Below the pieces are notes generated by a model, which worked only from the letters and a program-made list of their open reading frames with translations, did no database searches and was not told the origin of the DNA. From contig NC_069009.1 of the NCBI RefSeq assembly GCF_001194135.2, positions 7,090,939 through 7,143,178 of the forward strand: DNA of 52,240 nucleotides, written 5' to 3'. This stretch comes from Octopus bimaculoides (Eukaryota). The translations under genes and the position numbers were made by a program. This document shows, piece after piece, positions 51,271 to 52,240 of this stretch. Within the stretch, counting starts at the first letter, position 1; each line of letters starts with the position of its first letter.

Positions 51271-51932
51271 TATAAATGCGTGTATTTATGTGTACATGTA
51301 CGTATGTGTTTGTGTACGTATATGCATGTGTACGTGTGTGTTTGCGTATGCATATATATGTAACGGTTAGCTACTATATATATATACACACACACTCACA
51401 CACAAATACACGTGTGTGCATGTATGTGTTTGCGTATGCACATATGTACACACACACGTGTGTGTGTACATATGTACACGGATGTGCATATCTGTGTATA
51501 TATGTCTATCATTCGCTGTGCGTACGTTGTCTAACTTGTTTTTGTACTTTAAGTGTCTATACACACATATATACTTGTGTATATATATATGTGTGTGTGT
51601 GTTTATTTGCTTTGTATAGTTTTCGTCTTGGTTTATGATGGTGTTTTTTATTCATGTCGCTTCTTACACACACATAATGCACATGAGCGCTCACGCCTGC
51701 ACACATGTTCACGCTTCTGCATATACATTTGAATGTGTGTGTGTGTGTATGTATGTTTGTAGCCGATGAATCTTCGAAGTCCCAGTCAGCCTGGGATTTC
51801 TATAATGAAATATTTCCACTCTTTTACTGTATTGAGTGCTTCCATGGCGATCACTATCACCTGTTGCTGCTCATTAGAGGCAACTCTTAATATCACGTAT
51901 ATATCGCTTACACACATACATACACATCAATC

Positions 51933-51965
<33 letters not shown>

Positions 51966-52069
51966 CATACACACCACGTACAACAATCGATACACATATA
52001 CCCACACATACAATCAAATACACACACACGCACACACACACATGCAAATACACACACGCACAAATACAG

Positions 52070-52102
<33 letters not shown>

Positions 52103-52240
52103 CACTCACGCACACACACACGCATAAATATACACACTCGTGTGTATACAAATACACACACGCGTACCACATTCCTTGAAATGTCATAGTCTTCATTAGC
52201 GTTCATCAACGTTTTGTTTTAATGATTCTGGATGGCTGCA

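Noticed and set aside
51776-51890. Possible + strand terminal exon ADESSKSQSAWDFYNEIF...
   Set aside because: The acceptor comes from a TG/TA repeat and several frames are equally open; no homology recognised.

Overview
Repeat-dense, AT-rich eukaryotic genomic DNA. It contains about 4.9 kb of Ns in 13 gaps, nearly all flanked by microsatellites. The tRNA-derived SINE families and the (TA)n/(CA)n/(GATA)n/(TAA)n load resemble an Octopus (coleoid cephalopod) assembly; this is inferred from remembered repeat families, not from a database search. Almost all ORFs in the supplied track are microsatellite or N-gap artefacts. The only convincing host coding signal is one + strand exon (13834-13947) with strong splice sites, encoding a signal-peptide-like N-terminus of an unidentified gene. 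The rest is intronic or intergenic: three abundant SINE families, a mariner MITE, two Tc1/mariner transposase relics, R4/Dong-like non-LTR relics, and a 60-62 bp satellite. The most notable observations are a minimal type I hammerhead ribozyme variant (G3-C8 core, palindromic stem III) on the - strand at 42982-43032, a near-perfect 112-bp hairpin at 15455-15566, a CpG-depleted domain at about 29.5-47.9 kb, a 77-bp inverted repeat pair around unique DNA, and a 144-bp tandem array of SINE tRNA-like heads. No prokaryotic-type system, CRISPR array, rRNA or intact tRNA gene is supported.
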